Made by a program: the position numbers and the translations under genes. Positions 21,501-36,556 of a stretch of DNA of 64,000 bases are shown here, one piece after another. Position 1 is the stretch's first letter; each line of letters begins with the position of its first letter. Source of the DNA: Tubulanus polymorphus (lineage: Eukaryota > Animalia > Nemertea); contig NC_134034.1 of the NCBI RefSeq assembly GCF_964204645.1, forward strand, positions 10,490,962 to 10,554,961, given 5' to 3'. The notes beneath the pieces are model-generated. The model had not been told where the DNA came from. It saw only the letters and a list, made by a program, of their open reading frames with translations, and searched no databases.

Positions 21501-22287
21501 GTCTAGTATAGCTCGGTAGCTCAATATAGTGGAGGTGGTAAATTCCCACGTGGAACGGGAAGAGGAGGAGAGTGTGGGTGGAAGTTGTTATTGGGATATT
21601 TACCTATGTATGTTATACTGGGAAACCACGGCTAAACGCTTTCACACACAGTGTTACGCGAGATGACGACGATTAGAAATCCAGTGGAGAATAAACATAA
21701 GCTTTACACATAGACATACAGACCGTAGTAGAGTCCATCTGGCAGATCTATACTAACTGTAATGAATTCAGCGAGTTGCTGATGGGCTTGTGTTCTGGCC
21801 TAACCCCATTGAAATTGAAATCGGACTCAGAAAGTCATTATCGGGTTCATTCGTTTACGGCTACAAAAATCGATACTTCGTTTCTGATTTCTGTTGAGCT
21901 GAAAATTGACCCGGCCGGCCGGCTTCCTATCTACTGAAAAGATTTTGATTTTTCGAACGTCCTTGGATCTTCTACGGACTCCGGACCAGAGTTCGACGAA
22001 TCGTAGCGGAAGATTTTGGGGGTTCGGGACTCCTTCCTTCCCATCGAGGTGGCATTTTATGATTAGATTCTCTCGTGGTGGAATTTGCGTTTAAAGATCT
22101 GGAGAGCGCAGAGTGTGAACGTCGAGTCCTCGTTGAAACGTCGATAGCACTTAATTAGTTCTATAAACAAACGCTCTCTCCCCTCTATCCCTTCCTCTCT
22201 CCCCTCTCGTGCCCTCCTCCCTCCCCTCTCGTGCCCTCCTCCCTCTAATATACAAGAAAAATCAAATGTGAAACTATTCAAATACAG

Positions 22288-22318
<31 letters not shown>

Positions 22319-25300
22319 GCAAATCAGCAGAGCACACAGACAGCTGTGCTGTAATTCTTCTTTTCTTTTTTTTTAATTGAAAAAAAAACACGTGCCTATG
22401 ACTGTTATAGTTTTATTAGTGAATCACACGCGTTCAATGCCACCTCGAGCCTGAATTTACAGCGCGAGGTCGCCGCTGCCTCCGCCGTTGACATCGGAGC
22501 CAAAGCTCGCGGGTTTCGGAAAGTTTCGGAAAATTAACATTTTTTTCCGAGGCTCCGGAAAAGGTCGAATATATATCGGAACTTCGTTTTTTTCTCGATG
22601 GCTACGGAATGGTCTCAAAATAAAATCATCGTCCTTCTATTTTAGATTTTAGGCTATATGCCTAAATGTCTTACTAATTGATAACAAACTTTGTCCATAG
22701 TATTGATAATTGGCTTTTATTTACTTTGAATTGGCCTCGGCGCATTGCCTGTTTTAGGTTGGGGCTACGTGTAGCATAAGGTTATGGAAAATTTATGATC
22801 TGAGTACGGAAACGTTATGGAAAATATAATTCGGAAACCCGTATGAACTCGGTGGTGATCTAGTATAAGCCATGCTGATTTATTACCCTGAAGGGTGTTT
22901 AGTGGTGGGCTGAGGGGACAAGAAACTTCAAAGCCCTGCTAAAACGCCTAATTCCCGTGACTTGCACTTAGTGAGTCGAGGGATGAATATGAAACTCTAC
23001 ACCCTTTCAGCGTCTGCTCGCAAAACCCACTTCGGCATTTTTGCACCTGACATTTTGGCAAATAGAACGAAATTCTAAATGAAAATTCTGAAAATCGAAA
23101 TTCTGGCTCGTCTCCAGTTTTTTCGAATTTTAGGCAGCTGGCCAATGGCACTTCATAGTTTTAGGTGCCATCTGTCACGCTCTCCGGGGCAGCCCCCATA
23201 CACGGAGAAATAATAGATAGCTCTCTTGTATTTGTCCGCCTGGGAAAACGCTTCTTAAAGTACAACTAATTATTAATTTACCGCCGCCAGAAAGAAATTC
23301 TCATAATGATGACAGTTGGTGGGGGTTCCCAGGCAGACAGAAGGTCTATTGTTCGGCATTCATAGTCATCATTTCTACGATAGATTTGTCGAAGACTTTC
23401 AATCTTCACTTTCGTTCTGTCCTTTTAATTCGAAATAGCTATTCAAATCGCGAAGATCTCGGACTGCGGTTGCTCAAAAGTTGTTTGCAGATAATAATAA
23501 CCAGTGGATAGCTGACATAGCAACAATTCAAGGTTCATTGTAACTATAGTATTTATCCGCCAACTTTTGAGCAACTGGTCCCAGTTTGTTCAACGGCAAA
23601 AAATTCATTTATTACTTACCGAGATATTAATTTGACTATTTTACCCCCCCCCCCCCCTGTACGCAGAATCGGCCATTTTTTCATACATTAAGCATTACAG
23701 TACGCAATTGCACTAACCCTCCCCCTCCCTTAATGCGTACATAATTAATGAATGATCCCGAATCACAATAAAAACAGTTAACTTGTAAACAGTGAGTTTT
23801 CAAAATATTTAAAAAAGAAAAGCAATTCAAAAACTGATCCATGTCTAAAATCTACGTTCCCGTTGCTAAGGCGTGTGCGGGCACACGTCATTGTTGACTC
23901 CGATCAATCGGTCGCTTTTACGACAACAGCATCCATTTTGAAATCGACGCATCTCGCGGCCTCGGTTGCTGGTGTTAATAATTGAAAGCTAACACTCGAG
24001 AAATAATGAAACTTTGCGAACGCGGGCGCGCGCACAGATATCGGTGATATATCTGATGCAGCGAAAATATCAAGTCCTTGTCAACGCTGAGGGTGTCATA
24101 GTGCAAAAAAAACGGGAAAAAATCCGCGCTTGGCTATCAGGCTGCGCTTAGATGCGCGAAATGATGAAATTTGTAACGCGCGTCAATGAGTAAACGTTAA
24201 TTGGAAATGTAAACAAATTGTCAACAGATGTTTTTTACTGATTGTAAATTCTACGACTTACAGTATTGTTGTTGTCTGTCGCGTTTAAAATTGGGTTCTA
24301 TCTAGCGTATGATTCATATTATCATGGAGTTATCCCGCTAGTGTGTTTCCTACCATAGCATGATGGTTAGGATTTATTCGGAGCCATCCCTTTCATCCCA
24401 AGTGTGGGGGCGGCTCGAATTGATGGGATGGTTGTAGGTTTTACTCGGAGCTGTCCATTTCTCCGGTGTGGGTGGCTCAGTAATCTAGGGTAAGGTCTAG
24501 TTTTGGAGCCACCCCTTTTTCTAGTGGGCATTTCGGTGAGGTATTTAATGGAGCCATCCTTCTCGGATATGTTCAAGGATGGATATGTTTAACTCGGAGT
24601 CATCCCTTTTTCTATTAGCTGATTAGGTTTGAAAGCGATGGCAGGTTAATATGTACCTAACCTAACCATGACCCCAATCCTTAGTAACACTAGCGCCACC
24701 TAGCGTAAATGTGGCCTAAACTCTAACATTTAGACCTAGGTTTTTTATAACGGAACCACCCTCCTCGAGCGGGTACATAGCTCAGTAAGCTCAGTAATTT
24801 GGAGCCATTCTCCAGTGGTTGGCTCCGGGCCGACTTCATCTGTGGCCACAGTATCAGTCCAGACGATCAGACGACTCTGACTCCTAAAGCGACGGAGCGT
24901 CCGCACGTTAATCACCCACGGGTCCGAACTGTATTTCGTTTTATATTCTGCGTCGTCGTTTTCTACCGACGCCACGCGCCGGATCAGACGTTAAATCGTT
25001 CAAAAACGTATTGGTTTTTTTTTCTCCGTTGTTGCTCAATTTGTGACGAATCGGTGAAATTTTCGACGACGACGTCGAGGGCGACTGTCTCGTTTCTATG
25101 GTAACGTTTCACTCGACGGGTTTCTGTGTTTTGTTTTTTTCCGACGCGAACTCGGCGGCGGCGGTGTCGGTGGTTCCTGATCGCTGTGTGTGCGTCACCG
25201 GTGTTTTTGTTACACGCTGATGGTGTCATCGGTACCGATGGCGCGTGCGTCTGCGTGACGCGTCTGCTCGGTGCCCACTGACTGCGATGTCTGTTCGAGA

Positions 25301-25824
25301 GCGCTTTTGACCACTCTGCAAAAACTCAGCAATGGCGGCGGTCCGGGACTCTGCCGGAAAACTGCCCCAAGATACTCCCCTGCTTAACACCGGCACCAGC
25401 AACATCGCCGCGGTTCAATCTCTTCAAAATTTCAATTAAATTCGAACGAACTTAAATTTCAGCGAAATCAATACCATACACCGAGTGAGAAAGCAAATCT
25501 TATACCTATTCGACGACTTGTTCGATCAAATTTGGATTTGGAAGCGTAAAAATCAAGTTTGAATTTCATCGAAAATGAACTCATCTTCACCGCGAATAAT
25601 GCAGCAGCGACTTGTTGCGCCACCTTGTGTGTGTTGCTAGTACTACATTATAGCCTAGCTGTTACTGTTGAACTCCGGATGAACATCTAACTTATCTCTT
25701 AATTGATCTCGATATTACATTCCTCAGGATCCTGTTCCAAATTATTCAGAATTAGCTCATCGAAAATGAACAGATTTCAATTCAGAGTTGCTTTAACTCT
25801 GTGGAACTGGATCCCGTTCATGGA

Positions 25825-25956
25825 CCGGTTGCATAGTCATCGCTTAGACTCAAGACCAGTCTAAGGCCATCTTAGTTCTATAGCCAATCCAACAACTTAA
25901 GACCAGTTTTCAGATTTAAGACCACTTTGGGACTTAAGTCACAACTGTGCAACTGG
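25825..25956. mobile_element. Short MITE family with CCAGTTGCACAG-type inverted termini
   Basis: Termini CCGGTTGCATAG ... CTGTGCAACTGG. Inverted copy at 34574-34705; related copies at ~4758-5013 and ~11258-11522. Confidence 0.65.
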
Positions 25957-27779
25957 CCCCAGGGGCCGATCCAGAGGCCAATTTTGAACCCATAAGGGCA
26001 CTTCGATGTTCTCAAAAGGTGTACTCTCACATCTCTAAAGGGCACTTTGATGTCCCAAATTATCACACTGAATGCGCCGATTCTATTTGTAAACGAAATT
26101 AAAAACGACATTCGAAAAGATTTGATGAACGCGCACAAGTCTCAGAATTCCCGCTTAAATCCAACCAGGGCTTGGGCATTTTCCCGGGATTGCACCACAT
26201 GTTTCTAGAGGACAGCTGTACCGATAAACACAACAAGTAGGATAGGATAAGCAGTCATCATCATCATAGTCACATGTTAACCACTAATAACAACTTCATG
26301 CTGTAATCATTCATAAATTACGATTAAATGAAAACAACGCCATTAACAAGAGCAGCAGTACTCTGTGTAGTGCTGACAACTGCTGACGGAATGTTTAGAC
26401 CGTACGACCTAGTTCTAGAGACCCGTTCACCAGGACTGACTATTCCTGTGTTCATTCATTAAATTCCTGCGGCACAACGGCAGCGGGATACCGCGGTTAT
26501 GTAACGCATTTTAACCCATTCCGGTCGGTAACGCGTTGAAAAAATGAACATCACACGCGACTACGTTTATCATTGATGCCTGGTCACATGACGCGGCGTA
26601 TGATCACAGTGGCCGATAAGTCATGTGATCATGACGCCATCTATATCTAGAGAAAAAAAACGTCCCAACTCTCTCGGAACATGATATCGCTGCCTTGCAG
26701 CTATTTTTATTCGATGATTTTCTTCGCGATTCATTCAGCCCCGGTCGAGAGAGACTTCACCGATTTGATAGAAGATATGATAATAAATGTTATTTATATA
26801 TAGCGCAGGTATCCTATTTCCGACTGTTCAAACGCGCTCAACTTGCTCTACTCGACTTCGGGTGGGTGCAAATTAAGATACGGCGGAACTAGTTTATTTG
26901 ACGGGAATCGACGGCGAGCGCCGCACTCCCTCGGGGGGTTTGGGACCCTCCCCAAGAAAACCGTTTAGACTCGAAGCGTTTTGAAGATATTTCCAGCCAA
27001 TCTTAGCGAATATTTCATATACGACAAGCCACTAAAACACAAATGATTAAAATGATTCATAAAGATCAAAGGGTTTTTAGAAGAGGGACTATTATTACGA
27101 CGATCCCACACTATCTTCTTCGGAACATGACTGCGGATATTTCATGATTATCGGCGTTCATTCAAACCTCGGCTTTTTGATGAGTATGTATTGTTTATCG
27201 TCGGCGGTCCCAGCTGGGTTTTTGAGGCCCTGCTGAAATCCAGGCATATGCGCTATTACCGTTTGTAAACATGTATAGACGTGGAATGTTTTCGCAATCG
27301 CAGTTTTGAAATTCCGGGTCGAGGGATTTTCGAGGAACGGGCTTCGGGGAATGCCCGGAAAACGGATTCAGGGAATTCCTGTTAGTGAATCATCGGGAAT
27401 TCCCCCTCCCGAAAGGCGTCTGTCGCTCGCAGCTCTGATTCATAAGATCGATGGTATCGCGTTTGTTGCTAGTCGAAGGTGGGGGAAAACGTGATTCAGG
27501 TTTTTCGAGACTTTCCTGACGACGACCCGGCGGGCGGTGGTCAGAAAAAAATAGGAAATAAACCACGCGCGTTATCTACGCGAATTGCAAAACTGACTGA
27601 ATGACCCGATGCCCCTGTTTCGAAGGCTGACCGGAACATTAGGCGAATCTAGTCACTTTCAGATGCGTTATTTTACGTTGTCCAAATTGTGATAGATTTC
27701 TGAAAAAAAAGAACGTTTTGAATGATTGCGAACAATGAATTAGATGTCGTTTCTAGGTGATTTCAGTTCCTACACATCC

Positions 27780-27826
27780 ATCTATCCGTCTGTCTATCTA
27801 TCTGTCTGTCTGTCGGTCTGTCTGTA

Positions 27827-27869
<43 letters not shown>

Positions 27870-27895
27870 TTGTCTGTCTATCTGTCTGTTTGTTG
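27780..27895. repeat. (TGTC)n microsatellite
   Basis: Degenerate TCTG/TGTC run. Confidence 0.9.
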
Positions 27896-28068
27896 TCAGC
27901 GTCGTATGAAATATTGATGAGTCATCGCGTTGCAGACTCTCGACGACGATCAACAGTTTTCCAATTCCGACGACGACGACGAGAGAAAAAAAAAACTCGA
28001 CAAAAATTGGTTTATTGTAATCGATGTCGCTTTCGTGTGAGGGAGGGCGCCATTGTGAACCTAAAGCA

Positions 28069-28586
28069 GCACTCAGGTCGCCCTACGACGCGACGCAACT
28101 GAAGACCACGAGTTGTAACCGCGCTCAGGTCGCTTACAACTAGAACTAGAAGCGACCGGCAGCAACGGGATTGAAACGTTCAACGCTAATCAGTGCGCGC
28201 TCAGGTCGCCCTACGACCGTCGCTGCAATGCGCGATTCAATTGATCATGTGATCTGTTCAAAATGGCGCCGCCCATGTTCAATTGATCATGTGATCTGTT
28301 CAAAATGACTATAGTACTTCCCTACAACGCGGAAATCAGTTGCAGTAGCGCTCAGGTCGACAAAAACGCTGTACAACTAGTGGTAGTCGCTGCGACGCGT
28401 TGCTGAAAGTTCAACATGTTCAACTCATAGCGACTGGCAGTTTTTGCGTCGCCGACCCGTCGCTGTCAGTTGTAGACGCGCTCAGGTCGCTGCGACTGGG
28501 AAAAAACCAGTCGCTGACGATCGCTGCCAGTTGCTCGAACCAGTCGCTTCTAGTTGTAGTTGCAGTTGTAAGGGCGACCTGAGTGC
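28069..28586. mobile_element. Non-autonomous DNA transposon (MITE) with internal repeats
   Basis: 16-bp inverted termini GCACTCAGGTCGCCCT / AGGGCGACCTGAGTGC. Multiple internal GCGCTCAGGTCG copies and a duplicated TTCAATTGATCATGTGATCTGTTCAAAATG. Confidence 0.65.
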
Positions 28587-30767
28587 CCCTTAAAACCCAG
28601 TGTTCTACACAACACGTTTTAGAGGGGTGGCCATCATTTTTACATCCGCCCCTCTGAAACCCCCCCCCCCCTATAAAATAACTGCTGCCCCTACCAGAGA
28701 GTGGATGTCAATATTTTATCAATTCTGATCATTGCTTTAAAATGTAATGAGCAAATGTGAAAAATAGAAGATTACACAAAAATGACGCTCAAATTTTCTG
28801 TATATTTTTGGGGGGGAGGGGGGGTCGAAAGCTACTTCAGCAGCCACGATGTCATACACTAAACAATGAATGCCGCCTGTTTAGATTTCCAAAATATTGA
28901 GAACACTGAGACCCTAGGTCTGTTGTTATGCGATCGCAGCTGTAGGGTTCAAGGTGGATCTAGGATTCATTGAAGGGCGCTGGACCTAAAAATCGTAATG
29001 CATATTTATGTGAAAACAGCGGATTTGGCAGCGCGAAACGGAGATTCCGGTGGCTCTCCAACACTAAAGGACAAAAAGGAGCTCTTCTGGAGCTTATCAA
29101 GGGCAGGCCCTTTCCGATTAATTTTGATCGGTCTTTTAAAAAATGTTCTTCGTTTTTTGTACAGGGCTTTTTCAAGGGCGAAATATTCGAATTCCGAAAA
29201 GGGCAGACGCTGTCCTCGCGTGGAGTGAATCCACCCTCGGCGCGTTTACCTGGGCAACCAATCTCTCTGTTGAGACAACATATGCAGCGATTATCTCGAT
29301 TATCTTTATCTCCGCTCGTGCGCGCGCGTACTGCGCGAGATTTTTTCTAAGATCGCCGGGTCGGTTACCGTCTGACCTATTTGACTGCAGACATTGTAGG
29401 CAAGCGGGTAACAGCGGGAGGGAGACAGTTACCTTGACACGGTTTTACCTTGACGTGGTTTTTTTCTCATTTCTAGCGCGAGCTCTTCAGAGGTGTCTGT
29501 GTGTGCAGTGGTGTAGTCGTATCAGGGCCTCAGCGAGCTTATCATTTGATTTTAATTTTAGATAGATTGCTTAGCGATGAACTAATATCAATTATTAGTT
29601 ACGAATTGAGTATAAATCGGACCCAGTTCGGTAAATATAAAATCCCACAATCATTGAAAGACCCCAAATAACCCGAACTAAATTACTAAAAATATTTCAG
29701 GGTGGTTCTTACCGCCCTTTTACAGTCATCGCCCCTCCTCCCACTCTACAGGTGAAAGCGGAACCCGGGCGCAGATTGGGTCATCGCCCCCTCCTCCCAC
29801 TCTACGGGAGACATTGGAACCCGGGCACAGATTGGGTCATCACCCCCTCCTCCCACTCTACGGGTGACTGCGGAATCTGGGCGCAGATTGGGCCATCACC
29901 CCCTCCCCCCACTCTACAGAGAATTAAGATTCCCACCGATAACGATGTACTGGCGTCAAATAGACAGTAATAGTTCAGCGCAGACGCAGCATTGTTCTGA
30001 AGCATAATCGTTTATTGTTCGTTAAGAATTAATAATTAATCGTTCTGTCTCTTATTCTCTCCTTATCAAAGAATATACAATATTATGTATGTATGATTCG
30101 TATGCTTGTTATTAGAAGTACATTCAAACTCGCGGTGTAAAAGGTGAATTTAATGTTTGTGACGCTTTAAAAGCATATACTATGAGTTTCTCTTGACTCT
30201 TGCTTGTATTGTTTTGAGCTTTCCGTCGTCTGTATTGGATGAACTAACCAGCCGGCAACCGTTGGGCAGTTAGGCCAGCGACAAACTTCGTCCATAAGGG
30301 GATGTGCTGCATATGATAACCTTTTCGCTGAAATTGAAGAAATCTAGGTATCCCGTAATGGCCCGGTATATCTCCCCCTCCCCAACCTCCGTAATGGCCC
30401 GGAATATCCCTGGTAGATCAATGCTTGAAGGTACAAGTTCAAGTTCAAGTTCAAGTTTTTTTATTCATTATAATCACATGACATGATCGTCAATGAACAG
30501 CGGATTAGAAGAAAACAATAGGACACCCTGACTGACCAGTGTTATCACATTGACCACTGCTGATTCTTGCTGATATTGTGATATTGCGGGATGTGTATAC
30601 TCAGAGAGTTTATGAGAGGAGAGTGGAGCCAGCTGTGGCAGAGTAGATTGCTGGATCGGTAACCTTCAACCAGCTTGAACTTTATGTAAACTGAAGTACT
30701 GTGTTTACCCCGTTTCGGTTTGAACTCCAGCTCTTCCTGCTCTTCCTGCTGTACTCTCACACTCAGT

Positions 30768-30945
30768 GGGGAAGGACCTCTCTGCAGGGATGGGAAGGAC
30801 CTCTCTGCTGGGATGGGAAGGACCTCTCTGCTGGGATGGGAAGGACCTCTCTGCTGGGATGGGAAGGACCTCTCTGCTGGGATGGGAAGGACCTCTCTGC
30901 TGGGAAGGGAAGGACCTCTCTGCTGGGATGGGAAGGACCTCTCTG
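30768..30945. repeat. 23-bp minisatellite (~8 copies)
   Basis: Unit GGGAAGGACCTCTCTGCTGGGAT. Explains the overlapping repetitive ORFs at 30701-31031. Confidence 0.9.
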
Positions 30946-31889
30946 TCTCTGCTGGTAGAGGAAGGAAGGTACTCTACTGGGAGGTGAAGGCAGTGCTGAC
31001 TATAATGTAAACACTGTTGTTTTAAGTACATCCATCAATTGTTTTCATTTCATTCCATATAGAAATGTTGCCATGGTAACCGCTTATTATCACGCTGCAG
31101 AGTTCACGAACACTGTTGCCCGGGTTGTCAGTGAGAGGAGGGAGGCTGGCGGGAGGATGGAGTGCATGCTTCTGTCGAGGTCATAAGCAGTACATCCTGG
31201 TTGTAAACAACTGATGACACATGCGCATGAATCAATTTCCCAATTACATTTTTAGCGATTCTTCATAAAATTTAACTTTTTTTTTAATCGATTCCTCAAA
31301 ATTTTAAATTTGTTTACTATTCCTCATAGAATATGATCATAGATGCTTGAATCACTTAAGAAGGGTGAAGCAACGGAAATAAGGGTCAGCTCGGGGAATT
31401 TTTCTTTTCTTTAAAAAAGTCAGGGAATAGTCGCTGAATTTTGAAAAAAAAAATGAGGGAAATGTGTTGAGATTGCTCAATCGCGCGTTAAATCAAACAG
31501 TTTCCGTCTATGTTGTTTACGTATCTGACTGTGTTAATTGATCGGACTCTTAGCAGATCCATGGACTCTGCAATGTAGAGTCCATGGTAGATCGAGTCAG
31601 GGAAAACAACGTAGCGTGCAAACGATGTTAAAAGTTCATGCGATCGTGTAGATGAACCGGCGACGCACGCGCGCGTGCGGGGACGTGGTGAACGTTCTGA
31701 ACGTTATATCGAACGCGCAGTACGTTCACACGTACCGCATCAGCTCGGTAATCATCGAACGAGCAAATGGGAAAAAATCAAATCATCTCTGATCTATTTA
31801 TGGTTGTCGCGAGCAACGACAACAATGACGACAGTTGTGGGAGTGTTCGGGAGGGGAAGAAATCAATAAAATTGAAATATATCCGGCAG

Positions 31890-31920
<31 letters not shown>

Positions 31921-32006
31921 GGAGATGAGAGAGGAGTGTACTCATACAGTAAGGAGTGTCTTGGCTCCTTTTTGTAGAATATATCCGGTTTATTATCTGT
32001 GGACTC

Positions 32007-32460
32007 TGTTCCACAGTTTTAGACCCAGTTCCACAGTTCAGGACCCAGTTATTTAGTTCTGAATGTTACCACTGTTCTGTACCGGGTTCCTCAGTTCTGA
32101 GCCCAATTCGCTGTTTTGATCTCAATTCAACAGTTCAGGACCCCCAGTTCAACAGTTCATTACCAAGTCCCTCAATTCAGGATCCTGTTCCACAGTTCTG
32201 TACCTGGTTCCGCAATTCAGGATCCACTTCCACAGTTCTTAAACATGTTTCCACAGTTTCAGTTTTGGACCTAACTCCTCAGTTTCATACATAGTTCCAC
32301 AGTTCTACTGTTCCACTGGTCCATAGTCTGTTCCAGGTCCTGGTTCAGTATAGGGCCCAGTTCCACAGTTCAGCACTCAGTTCCACAGTTCAGGAATCAG
32401 TTCCACAGTTCTAGACCAGGTTCCTCAGTTCAGGACCCAGTTCCACATTGCAGGACCCTG
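32007..32460. repeat. Degenerate CCAGTTCCACAGTT minisatellite
   Basis: Many GACCCAGTTCCACAGTTCAG-like units. Confidence 0.75.
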
Positions 32461-34706
32461 TAAATGGGTTGAAATCAAATTCAAATCAAATTTTGAAGTT
32501 TTGGTTTCCACGATGACACGACAACAATGAGATGACTAGGTAACCACGGCGACTGTTGCAATAATGTTGAACAATCGTCAGCTGATAATTATACATCACC
32601 GTACAGAGATGATTCATTCACTGATACCGCTGCGGTGGTTGATTCAAAGAATTATTGCGCAAAAACAAGAAACACTCAAAAACATCTTGATATTTTTTTT
32701 TCCTCTAGTTAACTATGAAGCGCCGGTCCGACGTTGTCTGGTTTCATTCATTTGTTTGTTTTATACTCCCACATCCTGGATTACCACGGAAATTGCATGA
32801 CCTCAATTTTTAAACGCTACATTAACCATTACCGCTCAGATCGGATTCACGCTTCCTGCTTCCCGGAATTGATTCCTGGATCTAGGTTCGAAATAATGTC
32901 GATCCAGTTTCACTGTTGAGACTTGAGTAAACTCGAAAAAAAACTTCATTTTCAAAAGTTTCGAGTTAACCTGGTTTTTTAGCTGCCTTCGGCCCATAAA
33001 GATCTCACTTCATCCAAATTGAAATCGGAATATGCAGATTGAAAAGTGCAACCATTTTGGCAAAATTCAATGATTTATTGCTAAAATTCAACAGTTATGT
33101 CGTTATTCATTGACGATGTTGCCAAAATTCAACGGTTTTGCCTAAATTCAGTAATTTTGCCTAAATGCAACGATTTTGCCTAAATTCAAGGATTTTGAGG
33201 CCGAAGCTTTCGACAGGGAGTGTTGAATCAGTCATTCATATAACTGTGAATATGTACAGAAAACCAGGGCGACAGTTTATATACTAAGCGATAAAAAAGT
33301 TTAAATGGGTTTGTGAGCTTTGAATGCATGGTCTCTCTTTCATCTATCTCCTGGAAAATCATGAACGAATTTCGGATATTGCGAAATGTGTACGCACGCG
33401 CGCATCCTAGTAGAAATTTTGAAATTGAGGAGTGTATGGTGACCTGTACAATTGGACCTGACCATTATTCGAAAATAGGGAGTTTGGGTTACCTATGTAG
33501 ACTTAGCTCTAGAAAGCAGTCGATACTAAACCAATCTCTCCCCCCTCCGCCTAACTTGATGCTTATTTCATTCATATCGATAAATGAATGAAAAACCGCA
33601 AGATCCTAATTAGCACTACTCAATACTACCGCTAGAGTACTCTTAAAACTTATGAGGTGCAAGTATCAACCCTTGTTTGACCCCCCGAATTTGGTAAGAT
33701 TTGTCGGGATTTAGTTCCCGAAAATGTGGAAACGGTTTACGCAAAAATATGGAACTAGTTTCCACATTTCCACACTGTCATGAGCTCTCGGAATATGAAC
33801 TGATTTCAATTAACGGTGGAATTGTAAATGGATCCCATTCCGTGATTAACTTCGACATCGGGAGTCGTAGTTGAAATTTAGCCGATCTCCGTGGAGACGA
33901 ATTTCAACTCCCAGTCAAATGTATCGATGAACAATAGTTGGGCGAAAAGTGGTCAATGGTAGCAAACATTCCCACGGGAAAAACTGTCAACGGCCTGGAG
34001 AACGTGGGGGGGGGGGGTGGTTTAACACAGGAAAACAGGTTTTCGACTGTTAACGTTTATGCTCCAAACGAGAATGACCATGTTTTCATTCGCAAAACGC
34101 CTCCGACCACAAACAAGTTTAACTTCACCATCTTTACAGTCGGTATCATCAATTATGAGCTTTCGATTATAATAATGATAATGATAATTGACATTTATCC
34201 TAACCAGAGTGAGTTCAGGTGCGCTCCTAATTTGGTATTATTACCCCCCCCCCCCTCAGCCTATAAATCTATTCCATGTATCAGTCATCTTTTCCCTGGG
34301 GAGAAGTGGAACGGAACCAAATTTCCAATTATGTACTTCGATTTAAAAATATTCTGTTAACTCGACCGCCGATCACCGATCACACGACTATATCTGTACT
34401 TCGATTTCCGATTTCGAAATCAAACCCCCTGTTTCGCTCCCGGCAGGTGTGGTGGGTCTGTAAGGGACACTCAATCGAAAAATCAAACGAAATTTACCGA
34501 CCAAATAAATACCGGGGACAATCCCTATTTTAAGATCAAAAAAACATCCGATCAGGAGTCATCAGACCAGTGGCCAGTTGCACAGTTGTGACTTAAGTCC
34601 AAAAGTGGTCTTAAATCTTAAGAGTGGTGTTAAATTGTTGGATTAGCTATAGAACTAAGTTGGTCTTAGACCGGTCTTAAGTCTAAGCCATGACTATGCA
34701 ACCGGC

Positions 34707-34830
34707 CCCAGGTATCCATTTACTTCAGGGTGGAGGGAGGCAATGAGGATTAGCGTCTAGCCCGAGGACACTACGGGATTCGAACCGACGACCTGGCTTC
34801 CAAGAGTCTAGCGCTCTAACCACTTGCGCG
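34707..34830 (-). mobile_element. tRNA-derived SINE fragment
   Basis: Reverse complement has A-box-like AAGTGGTTAGAGCGC and B box GGTTCGAATCCC, followed by a SINE central-domain-like segment. A similar head lies on the minus strand at ~36137-36197. Confidence 0.6.
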
Positions 34831-35482
34831 CAGCTTGTCATGATTTCCGATCATCGGTTCGGTTTTCGGTCGACCGCTGCAGACGGAGTTTACCGGTGAT
34901 CGCGGTGATGATGATGATGAAGTCAGTCGTGGGAACGCGGTAGTTTCAGGTAGCGTGGGAACACCACACGACGCGACTGCGTTTTTTCTATTGATCGTTG
35001 GATTATAGTCGAGTGTTTGTGTACCACGCGTTGTCGAGCGTTTGTGGTTTTGTATAATCTATCTATGATTGCGTTCGTTGTAAATATCGCCTTGCGCTCT
35101 GGGTTTGTCATCGGGACCCGTCTCGTTTTTATCCCGGGTTTATCCCGGATATTGTTCACGCAAGAATTCGATTTATACTTATACTTAAAATTTAGGTGTT
35201 GAAAATCTGAAATTCTGACCATCAGCCAAGATTCAGTTCCACAGTTGTGTGGGTTCGATTTGACTCTGAACTCAGTTCCACAGTTGTGTGGGTTCGATTT
35301 GACTCTGGACCCAGTTCCACAGTTGTGTGTGTTAAATTTGACTACAGATCCAGTTCCACAGTTGTGAGGGTTTCCGAAATTGTGCATACGTTAGTTTAAC
35401 TCCCAGAAGTTCGAAGACATTTTTTAGAAATCTAATTTTTACCGGGCAAATTCTCTCATAAGACTTTGCGAGCTCCATCTGT

Positions 35483-35785
35483 TTAACCCTTTCAGTGCTG
35501 CTTTTAGTGCTGACTCTAATAAATACCTTATAGTGCTGGAGATAACTTGAACATTTTGAATAATTCCACCCTAGTGTGTTAAATAACATCAATAGCACTA
35601 TAGTGCATCTACACTGCGGTGCGGTGTATCGTTAGTTACTAATATTTCACTATGTTTGACAGGTGCTGCCATCTTTCGATAGAGATGAAAACTAATTACA
35701 TCAATACACCGCAGTGCGGTGTACTAACAAAATCCATCACCGATTCATACACCGCAGTGCGGTGTAGACGCGCTGAAAGGGTTAA
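35483..35785. mobile_element. piggyBac-like MITE copy
   Basis: TTAACCCTTTCAGTGC ... GCGCTGAAAGGGTTAA; same family and orientation as 4403-4700. Confidence 0.85.
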
Positions 35786-36197
35786 TGTATTGCAGATAAA
35801 TGGAGAACATTACACTAGTCGTAATTACGCGGCGTCGTTTATGTAAGATTTGATATATCGAATGCCATTAGTTTTTTCGCATTCCGTCGCGCGCTGCAGG
35901 AAATCGTATATTTTCTCGTCGTCAGTTTCAAGGACGTCGTCGCCGTGCGATCGACTGTCGCTGTACACGGGAATCGTCATGTATTGCGTGCGAACAATGC
36001 CTCATGATAGAAACGGCTCGCGCAATTTTCAACGGCGGTTGTTTTTTTTCCACGAATGGAATTTTTATCGTCGATACGTGAAAAAAACGAAACCGGCCTA
36101 TTATCCATAGCCTTAACTTCACTGTATAGACCCTTCCGGGATTTGAACCGGGGTTTCGAGCGTGCTAAGCCGGTGTCTTACCGACTTGGCCACTGAG

Positions 36198-36556
36198 TCA
36201 GGGTGATTGGATGTATTGATTTTGTTAGTTTGTCTTGTCAGTGTGGTGACCGGTCGGGTGTTGCTGGTGACCGGTCAGACTAGGTGACTGGTTGCGGAGT
36301 CGGGGTGATTAGATGTATTGAGTTTGTTAGTTTGTCTGGCCAGTGTGGCGAGCGGTCAGGTGTTGCTGGTGACCAGTCAGACTAGGTGACTGGTTGCGGA
36401 GTCGGGGTGATTAGATGTATTGAGTTTGTAAGTTTGTCTGGCCAGTGTGGTGACCAGTCAGGTGTGGCTGGTGACCAGTCAGACTAGGTGACTGGTTGCG
36501 GAGTCGGGTGATTAGATGTATTGAGTTTGTTAGTTTGTCTGGTCAGGTGTGGCTGG
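36198..36556. repeat. ~100-bp tandem repeat, ~3.5 copies
   Basis: Repeated GGTGATTAGATGTATTGAGTTTGTTAGTTTGTCTGGCCAGTGTGG...CAGACTAGGTGACTGGTTGCGGAGTC. Confidence 0.85.

Noticed and set aside
20902-21519. 205-aa ORF in the Bcl-2-like intron
   Set aside because: Non-ATG start, no domain similarity, and no evident splice-site-bounded coding signal.
24745-25420. Nested antisense gene in the CpG-rich intronic block
   Set aside because: Short ORFs without recognisable homology or a consistent exon chain. It may be regulatory or a lncRNA, but this cannot be supported from sequence alone.
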